Shown here in pieces: positions 11,038 to 20,857 of a stretch of DNA of 64,000 nucleotides. Source of the DNA: Ignavibacteriota bacterium (GTDB lineage: Bacteria > Bacteroidota > Ignavibacteria > UBA10030); NCBI GenBank assembly GCA_963833465.1, contig CAWHXW010000004.1:310366-374365 (forward strand). The letters run 5' to 3'. The notes beneath the pieces were generated by a model. It did no database searches. It had not been told where the DNA came from and saw only the letters and a program-made list of their open reading frames with translations. The position numbers and the translations under genes are program-made. The stretch's first letter is position 1, and every line of letters begins with the position of its first letter.

Positions 11038-14000
11038 GAGTTTTTATTGTTATAAGAATTCGTGTTCCATGACCGGGAACAGATTCGATCTGTACAATTC
11101 CTCCGAGCACACGTGCTCGTTCTTTTAAACCTTGCAATCCTAATCCTTGAGTATCTTCAATTTTTATTGATGAACCTTCGAATCCTGTTCCATTATCTTC
11201 AATAGTAATATTGAATCGGTCATGCCATTCCTTGATTAAGACGCGTGCTGTTGTCGCATTTGCATGTTTAAGAATGTTATTAATGCACTCTTGGACAATT
11301 CTGTACACATGAATTTCCATTTCTTTCGCAAGTACATTATCGATCATACCAATATCCGCAGTAAACTTAATCGAAGAAGTACTCGATGCTCGATTAATAA
11401 TAGATTCTATGGCTCGGCGCAAACCGAGCCGATCAATTTGATACGGACGAAGATTGTACGCAATTTCTCGAGTTTCTTGAATTGCTTGCGATGCAGTACT
11501 GGATATTTCATCCAGTTGCTCGCGAATATTTTTCTTGTTCTTAAGATCACTCAATGCGAGCAATGCTCGATTTTTAATAATCAGGAGTTCTTGTCCAATA
11601 CTGTCATGCAATTCCGCGGCGATTCTTTTCCGATCAGCTTCAGCCAAATCGAGCAATCGATGCGTGAATGAATGCTGCTCATCAAGCAATCGTCTGCGCC
11701 GGCGCTCCTGTTGATAATAAACGGCATAAGCGATAAGGATAATACAACTAATTACTGCGATGCGAAAGTCACCATGTCTCCCACATCGCCGGATGCACAA
11801 TAAGCTTGACTGATGCACCTTGCATATTCCATATTCCGTCATTGTTGGCGGCAATAACATGGAAAATATATTCTCCTGATGACAAATTTGTAAAGTAAGC
11901 CACTCGGCGCTGTCGTACATCTACCCACTCTCCGTGCAAGCCTTCAAGCCAAAATTTAAATTGTGTGTGTCGTGGATTTGTAAAATTCAATGCAGAGTAA
12001 TGAATTTCTATCTGTTGTCTCCGGCCATAAGGAATTTCAATAGGTGATGTCAGCGGATACTCGGTTTGATTAACGAGAACATGTTCGATATGAACGGGCG
12101 GAACACCTGTGTTGATTTTCATTTTTTCAGGATCGATAATCGCCAATCCTTTGATGGTTGGAAAAAGTAATTTGCCATCTCTCGTTTTCCATGCTGCAGG
12201 TTGAAATCCGCCATTGGTTTCATCGGTAGGCATTCCACTCTCGGTGCCATAGGCAATACTTGTAATCGAAGGAATCTTTCCGTCAGCAAATTCATTGAGC
12301 TGTTTTCGGCTGACACGATAGATTCCCCTGTTGCAGCTCATCCATAAATTTTGTTTTTCATCTTCAAGGATAGCTGAGACAACATTATCATAGAGTCCTT
12401 CTTGCATTGAGTACCGTGTAAATGTTCCATCTTTCAATCGATTGAGGCCGCCGCCATATGTTCCAATCCAGAGGACACTATCTGCATCTTCATAAATCGA
12501 ACGAACATAATTATGGGAAAGTCCGTTGGAAGTTGTATAAACGGTTATTTTTCCGTTTTCGTATTTATTCAATCCATCGAGTGTGCCAATCCACATTGCG
12601 CCTGAATGATCCTGAAGAAATGTTCTTACACTCGAATTTGACAAGCCATCCTTAACAGTGATCGAGTGAAACGCACCATCCTTATAGAAGGTCACGCCGC
12701 CGCGATCGGTTCCCATCCATACGACACCGTCGCGATCACAATATAATGACAGTACAGTATTATCCGCCAGCCCATCGTCCGTTGAATAATTTTTCATTAT
12801 CCCATTTTTATAACGCCAAACACCGCCGCCATAACTTCCTGCCCAGAGAGCACCAGTCGCATCTTCTGTGATCGACCAAATACTTTCTGGCCGAAACCCA
12901 TCTTTCTCTGTAAACTGATAGAGTGATTTGCCAGACATCCGGTACAATCCGCCATCATTGGTTCCGATCCAGATATTATTTTTCGAATCTTGATAGACCG
13001 CCTCAACAATCTGATGATGGAGACCTTCTTTGGTGCCGACAACATCAATAAGTTTATCTTTTATTCGGATAAGGCCTTCGCCGTCTGTTCCGATCCAGCG
13101 ATTTCCTTCACAGTCAATAAAACAAGTTTGGATTTTTGATGCCTTCATTCCATCTGGAAGATGCAGGCGAGAGAATTTCTTCGCAGGTTTCAATTTTCCA
13201 AAACTCACTCCGCCTATCAACCCTCCTACCCAATATGTGCTATCAAGGTCTCTTGTCATTGTAGTTACAAAGTAATCTGAAAGACCGTTGGCTCCGGTAA
13301 CCGATTCTTTTTTCCCACTAGATTCATGAAGCAACCCAAATGAATTACGGAACCATTCAGTGCCATCCGTGTCTTCAAATAAGAATGCAGGAACCCGGTG
13401 CAATTTTCGATCGATATTTAAGATGGTGTCAATTTTTCCGTTCATTACTCGATAGGCGGCACTATCAGCATTCAACCAAAGGGCGCCGCTTTTTGTTCGG
13501 TGAATAGATCGAAGAGGTCCTCTAATAACATTCTCAATATTTTGCAGCGGATAAAATTTTCCATTTTTGAAACATTGAACGCCGGCTCGAGTCCCAATCC
13601 ATAGAGCGGTATCAGAATCCTCATAAATTGTTAACACAAATTCATCTTTCAGTCCCTCGTGAATTCCATAATTGACAAATGATCCATTAGTATACTTTGC
13701 AAACCCTCCCCCTTCAGTGCCAATCCATATTCCTCCATCAAACGATTCGCAGAGAGAGAGAATACGATCCGATCGAAGTCCTTTGGATATACCTCCAAGC
13801 TGTGTAAATGTGATCCCATCAAATCGCACTAACCCGCCATAAGTGCCAATCCAAAGATATCCATCGTGAGTTTGTATAATAGCATTCGCTGAATTCTGCG
13901 GAAGTCCTTCTGATGTCGTCCAAACATTGATCACATATTGACTATGAAGTGAAACTGGAAATATCACAAGTGCAAGAATAACGAATAAGGATACAATATT

Positions 14001-14042
14001 AAATTTAAAATGAATAATACTCTCCTTATATATCGGTCGCAA
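10988..14042 (-). CDS. Sensor histidine kinase with periplasmic two-component-regulator beta-propeller repeats + Y_Y_Y domain, TM helix, HisKA_3 and HATPase_c; interrupted by a frameshift near 11768-11785 (ORFs 11769..14042 and 10988..11920)
   Basis: The 757-aa ORF has repeated GLPQN/WIGT beta-propeller motifs and ends …HPAMWETW. The TM helix (FRIAVISCIILIAYAVYY) and kinase core (ELHDSIGQ…, HATPase GxGxG) follow in the +1 frame. This architecture is normally one polypeptide. Start codon is TTG. Confidence 0.7.
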
Positions 14043-14382
14043 TCAGGTAAATAACTTGTAATTTTACAAAATATAGTACGAGAAAAACAGAGCAGTGTCA
14101 AGAAACAGCGTGTGAAGACTCCTCAGCACTTCAGTACGTATCAGTATCCGCGCCGATGCCTAATTTCAATTTCGATCTCATTTCAAAACAACATTTTTCA
14201 TTTCTTGTTCATCTATATATATGAAATTTGTCTGTAGTAATTATTTTTCTGTTCAATACTTAAGGGCTTTTGCAATGAAAAGACCATTCACAATCTCTGG
14301 ATTAGTTCTAATCATAGTCATTATTGTTGTCTATTTCCTTTTTGCAAGAAATCACAACGATGTTTATATATTTAAATTTGAT

Positions 14383-14490
14383 AAAATGTCGCAAGGCGAT
14401 ATGCAAGGGAAACCACTTTACAAAATAATGGTTCTTTTAGGTCACTCCCAGATAAGCACCACTCAAAAATATCTTCAACTTTTACCATAA
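14383..14490 (+). pseudogene. C-terminal remnant of a tyrosine recombinase/integrase (…LLGHSQISTTQKYLQLLP)
   Basis: The last ~30 codons of ORF 14221..14490 match the tyrosine-recombinase C-terminal signature LGHSsisTTqiYthl, including the catalytic Tyr. The rest of the ORF is unrelated. It lies 75 nt from the tRNA-Lys 3' end. Confidence 0.5.
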
Positions 14491-14518
14491 ATCGTAGCCA
14501 GATCATAGCCAGATAAAA

Positions 14519-14549
14519 CTAAAAAGGACTTACAAATCGTTGTAAGTCC
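14519..14549 (-). terminator. Rho-independent terminator downstream of tRNA-Lys
   Basis: Hairpin GGACTTACAA-CGAT-TTGTAAGTCC followed by TTTTT on the minus strand. Confidence 0.6.
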
Positions 14550-14564
14550 TTTATTTATAATATG

Positions 14565-14637
14565 TGCACCCACCAGGACTCGAACCTGGAACCCACTGAT
14601 TAAGAGTCAGTTGCTCTACCAATTGAGCCATGGGTGC
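14565..14637 (-). tRNA. tRNA-Lys (anticodon CTT)
   Basis: Minus-strand sequence GCACCCATGGCTCAATTGGTAGAGCAACTGACTCTTAATCAGTGGGTTCCAGGTTCGAGTCCTGGTGGGTGCA. Cloverleaf with anticodon loop CTCTTAA and T-loop GTTCGAGTC. CCA is not encoded. Confidence 0.9.
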
Positions 14638-14643
14638 AAATGA

Positions 14644-14976
14644 CTATTTGCTACCCGGTATAGGTGTCGATGGTGCTTGCTGTGTCGGTGGTAACGCTGT
14701 CGGAGGAGGACCAGATTGAATAACGCTTTCTTTCTTCATCTCACCACGTGGTAATAACCATAAGTTAATGATCAAAGCAAGAACCATGAAAATTCCTGCC
14801 ATCCATTGTGTTAACTTAGTAAGAAAATCTGAAGTGCGACGAACTCCAAAGACAGTACCAATATTAGAGCCGCCAAATCCTCCTGCCAATCCACCACCTT
14901 TGCTCGACTGCATCAGAATCGCAAGCATCAATAATATTCCAATAGTGACTTCAATAATGACCGCAACTGTGTACAT
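14644..14976 (-). CDS. secG: Preprotein translocase subunit SecG
   Basis: 110 aa with two TM helices, the KGGGLAGGFGG glycine motif, and a Pro/Thr-rich tail. Confidence 0.8.
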   Translation of the reverse strand: MYTVAVIIEVTIGILLMLAILMQSSKGGGLAGGFGGSNIGTVFGVRRTSDFLTKLTQWMAGIFMVLALIINLWLLPRGEMKKESVIQSGPPPTALPPTQQAPSTPIPGSK

Positions 14977-15080
14977 TGACGTAGTTCCTCAAGCGAAAAA
15001 AATCCCCACCAACAGTGGGGCTATAGATTACATTATAAAGAAATTTGGATCGAAATGCAAGAACGAAAGTTGTTTCGCCA

Positions 15081-15689
15081 TTATTTCTTATGTGAAATCC
15101 CTCTTACTTCAAATAAACGTTCTATATATTTACCAAGAACATCAAATTCAAGGTTGACAGTCATTCCCGGCTTGAGCAATTTAAAAGTCGTCACTTCCAT
15201 CGTATGAGGAATAATAGAGACAGCGAAAGAATTGTTCTTCACTTTTGCCATTGTCAAACTTACACCATTGACAGCGATGGAACCGACAGGCACAAGGTAA
15301 TGTGCGAATTTCTTCGGTACTCGAATCCAGAAAATCCAACTGCTTTCACGGAATTCCAGCCCTGTTACTTTACCAAGCCAATCTACATGACCCAGAACGA
15401 AATGCCCGCCCAGACGGTCTGACGGCAATAACGGCATTTCTAAGTTCACGAGATTGCCTGCCCGTAATCTGCCAAGTGTTGTCTTTTTCAATGTCTCTTC
15501 CACCGCTTGCACGTCAAATATTTTTGAAGTCCTTTTAATTACCGTTAAACAGACTCCTTCTACTGCAATACTTTGATCAACACGTAAAGTCTTGATTGTC
15601 TTTCTTCCTTGAATAGTGAAGATAACACTTCCACTTTTTTGTTTGATTGATTTGACAATTCCAGTTTCTTCAACTAAGCCAGTGAACAT
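15081..15689 (-). CDS. ribE: Riboflavin synthase alpha subunit
   Basis: MFTGLVEETG… N-terminus with duplicated lumazine-binding repeats (GVCLTV…, NGVSLTM…). Start chosen at the internal Met, which abuts the ribD stop. Confidence 0.85.
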   Translation of the reverse strand: MFTGLVEETGIVKSIKQKSGSVIFTIQGRKTIKTLRVDQSIAVEGVCLTVIKRTSKIFDVQAVEETLKKTTLGRLRAGNLVNLEMPLLPSDRLGGHFVLGHVDWLGKVTGLEFRESSWIFWIRVPKKFAHYLVPVGSIAVNGVSLTMAKVKNNSFAVSIIPHTMEVTTFKLLKPGMTVNLEFDVLGKYIERLFEVRGISHKK

Positions 15690-15699
15690 ATTTTTTCTT

Positions 15700-16806
15700 T
15701 CATTTATAAATAAACTTCGCTTCAACGAGAACATCTCCTCCAACATGCGAGATTTTAGTCAACTTCAAATTTATCGGTCTATGAAGCAATCTCGGGGTTT
15801 CAAAACAAAAACTATTCAATCCGCCTCCAAAAATCTTGGGTGCGGTAAACAGATGAATCTTATCGGCAAGAGACTGACTGACGAACCCATCCACAGTGCT
15901 AGTACCTCCTTCTATTAAAACAGAAGAAATACCTTCAGATGCAAGTGTTCGTAGTATTGATTTTGTATTTATATTATAAGCTGATGAAATTGGAAACACT
16001 CGTACACCAAGTGAAATAAGCTTATGTACTTTTTGAATATTTGCTTTCACAGCTTTTACAGATGTCAGCAGCCATGTTGATGCAAAAGTTGTATTGAATA
16101 TTGAACGAGATGTCGGAAGCGAAAGATGTCCATCAACTACAACACGCACAGGATTTCTTCCCTTAACAAGCCGAACAGTCAACTCTGGATTATCATGAAG
16201 AACAGTTTTCGCCCCGACTAAAATCGAATCATATTCACTGCGCAAGCGATGAACTTCTTTGCGAGCAGTTTTGGATGTAATCCATTTTGATTTTCCAGCA
16301 ATATCGGCAATTCTGCCATCGAGTGTTTGTGCAAGTTTGATACCGACAAAAGGCATACCTGTTTTCATGAACTTGAAGAATTTTTCATTCAGCAATTCTG
16401 CTTCTTTCTGAAGCAACCCGATATTAACATGAATACCTGCCTTGCGCAATAGCTTTACACCTTTTCCACTCACAAGAGGATTCGGATCCATTGATGCGAC
16501 TAACACGCGAGAAATTCCGGCTTGAATGATTGCATCTGCACAAGGCGGCGTCTTCCCAAAATGCACACATGGCTCTAAAGTGACATACAATATCGCACCA
16601 TTAGTTTTTTTTCCAGCATGTTTCAGGGCATGAATTTCAGCATGCGGTCCGCCAAATGCTTTATGGTATCCTTCTCCCACAATTTTGCCGTCTCGTACTA
16701 TTATGCAGCCTACCATCGGATTAGGATTGACCTTACCTTCACCCTTTCTTGCCAGTTTAAGACAGCGCTGCATAAATATTTTATCACCGAATGTTTTCAC
16801 CGCCAA
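15700..16806 (-). CDS. ribD: Bifunctional riboflavin biosynthesis deaminase/reductase RibD
   Basis: CMP/dCMP deaminase zinc motif (HAEIHAL…PCVHFGKTPPC) followed by a RibD reductase C-domain. Confidence 0.85.
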   Translation of the reverse strand: MAVKTFGDKIFMQRCLKLARKGEGKVNPNPMVGCIIVRDGKIVGEGYHKAFGGPHAEIHALKHAGKKTNGAILYVTLEPCVHFGKTPPCADAIIQAGISRVLVASMDPNPLVSGKGVKLLRKAGIHVNIGLLQKEAELLNEKFFKFMKTGMPFVGIKLAQTLDGRIADIAGKSKWITSKTARKEVHRLRSEYDSILVGAKTVLHDNPELTVRLVKGRNPVRVVVDGHLSLPTSRSIFNTTFASTWLLTSVKAVKANIQKVHKLISLGVRVFPISSAYNINTKSILRTLASEGISSVLIEGGTSTVDGFVSQSLADKIHLFTAPKIFGGGLNSFCFETPRLLHRPINLKLTKISHVGGDVLVEAKFIYK

Positions 16807-17639
16807 TATACCTTCACATTTGAATCTAATGATGCTCTCAGAAGACGTCCAGCACTATTTTTTTTTGCTGAAATTTCAACAAGACCGCTGCTGCCTACAA
16901 TTCGACATGGAGTATTTTCTGGAGCTTCATCATAAAAACGAATCCACTTGCTTACCATATTACTGCCTATCGATACCGCTTGAATCTCCTTCATGCTTTT
17001 TTCTACTTCAAAAGATCGAAGGTTAGTAATGATGTTGCCATAAGTATCAATATGCAGGACACACACCGACACTACGTCCCTCCGAGAGCTTATAAAAGGA
17101 GAAATAATTTCAGGAAGCTTATAAGGTGTACCAAATTGTCTGAATGGTAAATTGATCGATATATATGCAGCGAGCGGTGCAATCAGATCGCGTCCATGAA
17201 ATGTCGATGATATATTTCCTAATGCAAATTTTTGAAGAGATAATTGTGTCACCTCAACCGCTGTACCTACTTTTTCTTGATGTTGAACAAAATTCATCAA
17301 TCCGTTATCGGGAGCAATAAATATATATTTCTTCGTTTTCATCACGATAATCCGTCTTTTGCTGCCGACACCAGGATCAACTACATTTACAAAAATTGTA
17401 TCTTCTGGAAAATAATTATACACAGACCAAAGTATATACGCAGCTTGACGAACCCTAAAAGGTTGAATTCCGTGAGTAATATCTATAATTTTTATCGATG
17501 AATTGATAGACAACATCACTCCTTTCATCGACGCTGTGTATTGATCTTGTAACCCAAAATCAGTCAGGAGTGCGATTATTCTTGGGGATTCTTTACCTTT
17601 TGGATAATGTTGTGCAGCTTGATTTTTCGATATAGCCAT
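16797..17639 (-). CDS. S-adenosyl-L-methionine hydroxide adenosyltransferase family protein (DUF62; fluorinase/chlorinase-like fold)
   Basis: N-terminal IALLTDFGLQDQYTASMKGVM signature. Length ~280 aa, typical of the SAM hydrolase family. Confidence 0.6.
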   Translation of the reverse strand: MAISKNQAAQHYPKGKESPRIIALLTDFGLQDQYTASMKGVMLSINSSIKIIDITHGIQPFRVRQAAYILWSVYNYFPEDTIFVNVVDPGVGSKRRIIVMKTKKYIFIAPDNGLMNFVQHQEKVGTAVEVTQLSLQKFALGNISSTFHGRDLIAPLAAYISINLPFRQFGTPYKLPEIISPFISSRRDVVSVCVLHIDTYGNIITNLRSFEVEKSMKEIQAVSIGSNMVSKWIRFYDEAPENTPCRIVGSSGLVEISAKKNSAGRLLRASLDSNVKVYWR

Positions 17640-17657
17640 CTATGTACTTACAAAACA

Positions 17658-18665
17658 TTACTTTATTGTAACAGCTTTGCCGCGCTTGGCAGATTTGTAA
17701 ATTAAATCTAAAATTTTCATTCTTTGCACAGCTTCATCGCCATTAGAAATAATCGAATGCAGTCCGCGCAATGCTCCAACCCAATGCTTGAGTTCATTCT
17801 CGTATGATTTACGATACAGGCTTTGCGGCGTCTCAATCGATGCAGGTGCAACATTGATTAGATTATCATGCATACGTTTAATTATGCGAAAGGGATTTAG
17901 CGAACCGCTTCCATCCGTACCAAAACAATCGCAGTAAAAAAAGTCTGATGTTGATTCAAATGACCAGCTGGCTTCAATTGTTAATATAGAGCCGTTCTTC
18001 ATTTTGAGGTATGCTATCGAAGAATCCTCTACATCTTTTGTATGGTGCGAATAATTTGTTGCAGACACCTCTTGCACCTCAGGAAATCCCATCATCCAGA
18101 AAGCGAGATCGAGCATAACGATACCAAGGTCTAATACAACACCGCCCCCGGATTGAGTTTTTTTGGTCGACCATGCGCTCTCTGCATTCAATTTTTTGAA
18201 CCATCCTGCCTTAGCATAAAAAAGTTTGCCAAGCGCTTTATCTTCAATAAAACTTTTAAGAATCATTGCATCCGGGCGGAATCTATTGTTCATGCCCACC
18301 ATTAGTATCTTATGATATTTTTTTGCTGCCGTAGTAATCTCTTCTGCTTCCGCCGATGTTCGTGCTAAAGGTTTTTCTACGAGAATATTATTCTTCTCTT
18401 CTAGTGCTGCAATAGCCATGTCTTTGTGCAATATTGTCGGAGTACAGATATCAATTCCATCAAGATCTTGTTCGATCGTTAGCATTTTTTCAAAACTGTT
18501 ATAGTAACGCCGCACTTTAAATTTATCTGCTACAAATTGCGCTTTTGCCCTATCCACATCACAAACCGCTACAATTTCGGCATCCGTGAATTTACTGAGG
18601 ATCGGAAGATGAAATGTCTGAGTTATGGAGCCAAGTCCAACTATACCTATACGTGCTTTTTCCAT
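17658..18665 (-). CDS. Gfo/Idh/MocA-family NAD(P)-dependent oxidoreductase
   Basis: N-terminal Rossmann motif IGIVGLGSITQTFHLP, an EKPLA motif, and a C-terminal alpha/beta domain. Confidence 0.75.
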   Translation of the reverse strand: MEKARIGIVGLGSITQTFHLPILSKFTDAEIVAVCDVDRAKAQFVADKFKVRRYYNSFEKMLTIEQDLDGIDICTPTILHKDMAIAALEEKNNILVEKPLARTSAEAEEITTAAKKYHKILMVGMNNRFRPDAMILKSFIEDKALGKLFYAKAGWFKKLNAESAWSTKKTQSGGGVVLDLGIVMLDLAFWMMGFPEVQEVSATNYSHHTKDVEDSSIAYLKMKNGSILTIEASWSFESTSDFFYCDCFGTDGSGSLNPFRIIKRMHDNLINVAPASIETPQSLYRKSYENELKHWVGALRGLHSIISNGDEAVQRMKILDLIYKSAKRGKAVTIK

Positions 18666-18684
18666 ACAATATCCAGAATGATAA

Positions 18685-20619
18685 TTAAATATTTTGTAAC
18701 GCGGAACTTCCGCGGGTGATTGTTAAATAATTTTTCGCTACTTCTGAAATTCCATCGGCATCAAGCTTGACGATCCGGCTTAGCTCTTCAGAAGAACCAT
18801 GTTCGATGAATTCATCCGGCAACCCATGCACTTTGACAGAGACATCGGAAATGCCCAAATGACCGAGTGCTTCCAAAACTGCAGTTCCGAAACCGCCATG
18901 AATAACATTATCTTCAATAGTAATAAATATTTTAATTCGCCGGGCTAATGAATCTAACAATTCTTCATCAATCGGTTTTGCAAATCTCATATTCACAACT
19001 TCTGCTTCAATGCCTTCATTGCTCAACAAGTCTGCAGCTTTGAGCGCATTCACTACTGTTTTACCTATTGCGAGCAGAGCAATATCTTTGCCTGTACGTA
19101 ATGTTTCAGCTTTGCCTATTTCCAACTTCTGAAATCCATCCCTGACAGGTACACCAAGCGTATAATCCCTAGGATAACGTAAAGCTATAGGACCTTTCTT
19201 AAATTCAACTGCAGTATAAAGCATATCGCGTAATTCCTGTTCATCCTTCGGAGCCATTATAACGATACCAGGAATACATCGCAGAAAAGAAAAATCTAAT
19301 GCACCATGATGTGTAGGTCCATCAGCTCCGACTAATCCTCCGCGATCCATCGCTAAAACGATATGTAATTTTTGAATCGCACTGTCGTGCACCACCTGAT
19401 CGAAAGCACGCTGCATAAATGTAGAATAAATTGCAACGACCGGAATATAACCTTCCGTTGCCATACCTGCCGCAAAAGTAACTGCATGCGGTTCGGCAAT
19501 ACCGACATCATAAAAACGTTCAGGCATTTCTTCGTGAAGCTGAATTAAGCCGGTTCCATCTGACATTGCAGCGGTAATACCGACAACTTTTGTGTTCTGT
19601 TTGCAAATTTCTACTAGAGCTTTGCCAAAGACATCCGTGTAAGCCGGTTGTCGGCTGTTCTCATTTGCAGAGATGCCCGTAATTTTATCGAATGGTGTCA
19701 CTCCATGCAAACGTGTCACTTCTCGCTCTGCAGGCGCGTATCCTTTTCCTTTTTGAGTAATTACATGAATGAGAATAGGACCGTTTAAATCTTTGACTTG
19801 CCTGAATATCTCGACTAATTTTACGACATTATGCCCATTGATCGGGCCAAAGTACCGAAAACCAAGCGCTTCAAAAAGCATGCCCGGTGTAACTACTGCC
19901 TTAATTCCTTTTTCCATTTGCTGGGCAACCGTTCTAAGCCGATCGCCAAATGAATCTAATTTTCCAGTTAGGTCCCACACATTTGCTTTAAATTTGTTAT
20001 AAGCGGGATGCGTAAGTATCTTTGTAAAATAATTGTGGATTGACCAAACACTCGGCTGGCGTGATGAGAGAGAACCCATTTGATTATCATTTAGAATAAC
20101 AACAATATTTTTTTTCAACATACCAGCATGGTTCATCGCTTCGTAAGCCATACCGCCTGTCATAGATCCATCACCGACAATCGCTACAACCTTAAAATTT
20201 TTCTTTTCTAAATCTCGAGCTGCCGCGATACCAAGTGCCGCCGAAATTGCGGTGCTCGCGTGCCCTGCGCCGAATGTATCGAATTCGCTTTCCGAACGTT
20301 TTAGAAATCCGCTTAATCCGCCTAACTTGCGGATTGTTTCCATTCTGTTTTTTCGTCCGGTTAGAATTTTATGAGGATATGCTTGATGTCCAACATCCCA
20401 AACAAGTTTATCTTCAGGCGTATTAAAAACATAATGAAGCGCCACAGTAAGTTCTACAGCCCCGAGTCCTGCTCCAAAATGACCGCCTGTTTTCGAAACA
20501 CAATCGATCAAATATTCTCGCACTTCAGCACAGATTGCACGGAGATCATGAATATTTATCTTTCGCAAATCTTTTGGAAAATCAATTGAATTAAGAAATT
20601 GAAAATTTATATCGCTCAT
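18685..20619 (-). CDS. dxs: 1-deoxy-D-xylulose-5-phosphate synthase
   Basis: 644 aa. Contains GGHFGAGLGAVELTVALHYVF…DVGHQAYPHKILTGR and a thiamine-diphosphate binding region. Confidence 0.9.
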   Translation of the reverse strand: MSDINFQFLNSIDFPKDLRKINIHDLRAICAEVREYLIDCVSKTGGHFGAGLGAVELTVALHYVFNTPEDKLVWDVGHQAYPHKILTGRKNRMETIRKLGGLSGFLKRSESEFDTFGAGHASTAISAALGIAAARDLEKKNFKVVAIVGDGSMTGGMAYEAMNHAGMLKKNIVVILNDNQMGSLSSRQPSVWSIHNYFTKILTHPAYNKFKANVWDLTGKLDSFGDRLRTVAQQMEKGIKAVVTPGMLFEALGFRYFGPINGHNVVKLVEIFRQVKDLNGPILIHVITQKGKGYAPAEREVTRLHGVTPFDKITGISANENSRQPAYTDVFGKALVEICKQNTKVVGITAAMSDGTGLIQLHEEMPERFYDVGIAEPHAVTFAAGMATEGYIPVVAIYSTFMQRAFDQVVHDSAIQKLHIVLAMDRGGLVGADGPTHHGALDFSFLRCIPGIVIMAPKDEQELRDMLYTAVEFKKGPIALRYPRDYTLGVPVRDGFQKLEIGKAETLRTGKDIALLAIGKTVVNALKAADLLSNEGIEAEVVNMRFAKPIDEELLDSLARRIKIFITIEDNVIHGGFGTAVLEALGHLGISDVSVKVHGLPDEFIEHGSSEELSRIVKLDADGISEVAKNYLTITRGSSALQNI

Positions 20620-20855
20620 TCTTCCTCAGACTCGTTCAATGAAAATTGTCTGTCAATCTCTTTAGATAATTTTTTTATTTTAAATTCGGCAGTTTTCAAT
20701 TTTTCGGCGCATTGTTTTGAAATCTGAACGCCTTCTTCATATAAATTTACAGCATCATCTAATGATGCATCGCCATGCTCCAATGTTTCTACAATTTCTT
20801 CAAGCCGCTTGAGAGAATTTTCTAGTGAATTCTTACTTGTTTTTTTAACCATCAT
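20616..20855 (-). CDS. xseB: Exodeoxyribonuclease VII small subunit
   Basis: 79-aa coiled-coil protein (LENSLKRLEEIVETLE…). It lies immediately downstream of xseA and overlaps dxs by 4 nt. Confidence 0.8.
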   Translation of the reverse strand: MMVKKTSKNSLENSLKRLEEIVETLEHGDASLDDAVNLYEEGVQISKQCAEKLKTAEFKIKKLSKEIDRQFSLNESEEE

Positions 20856-20857
20856 AA

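Noticed and set aside
14221-14382. N-terminal two-thirds of ORF 14221..14490 as a real protein
   Set aside because: Only the final ~30 codons resemble an integrase, and the upstream part has no start context or homology. The region is treated as a pseudogene fragment, not an intact CDS.
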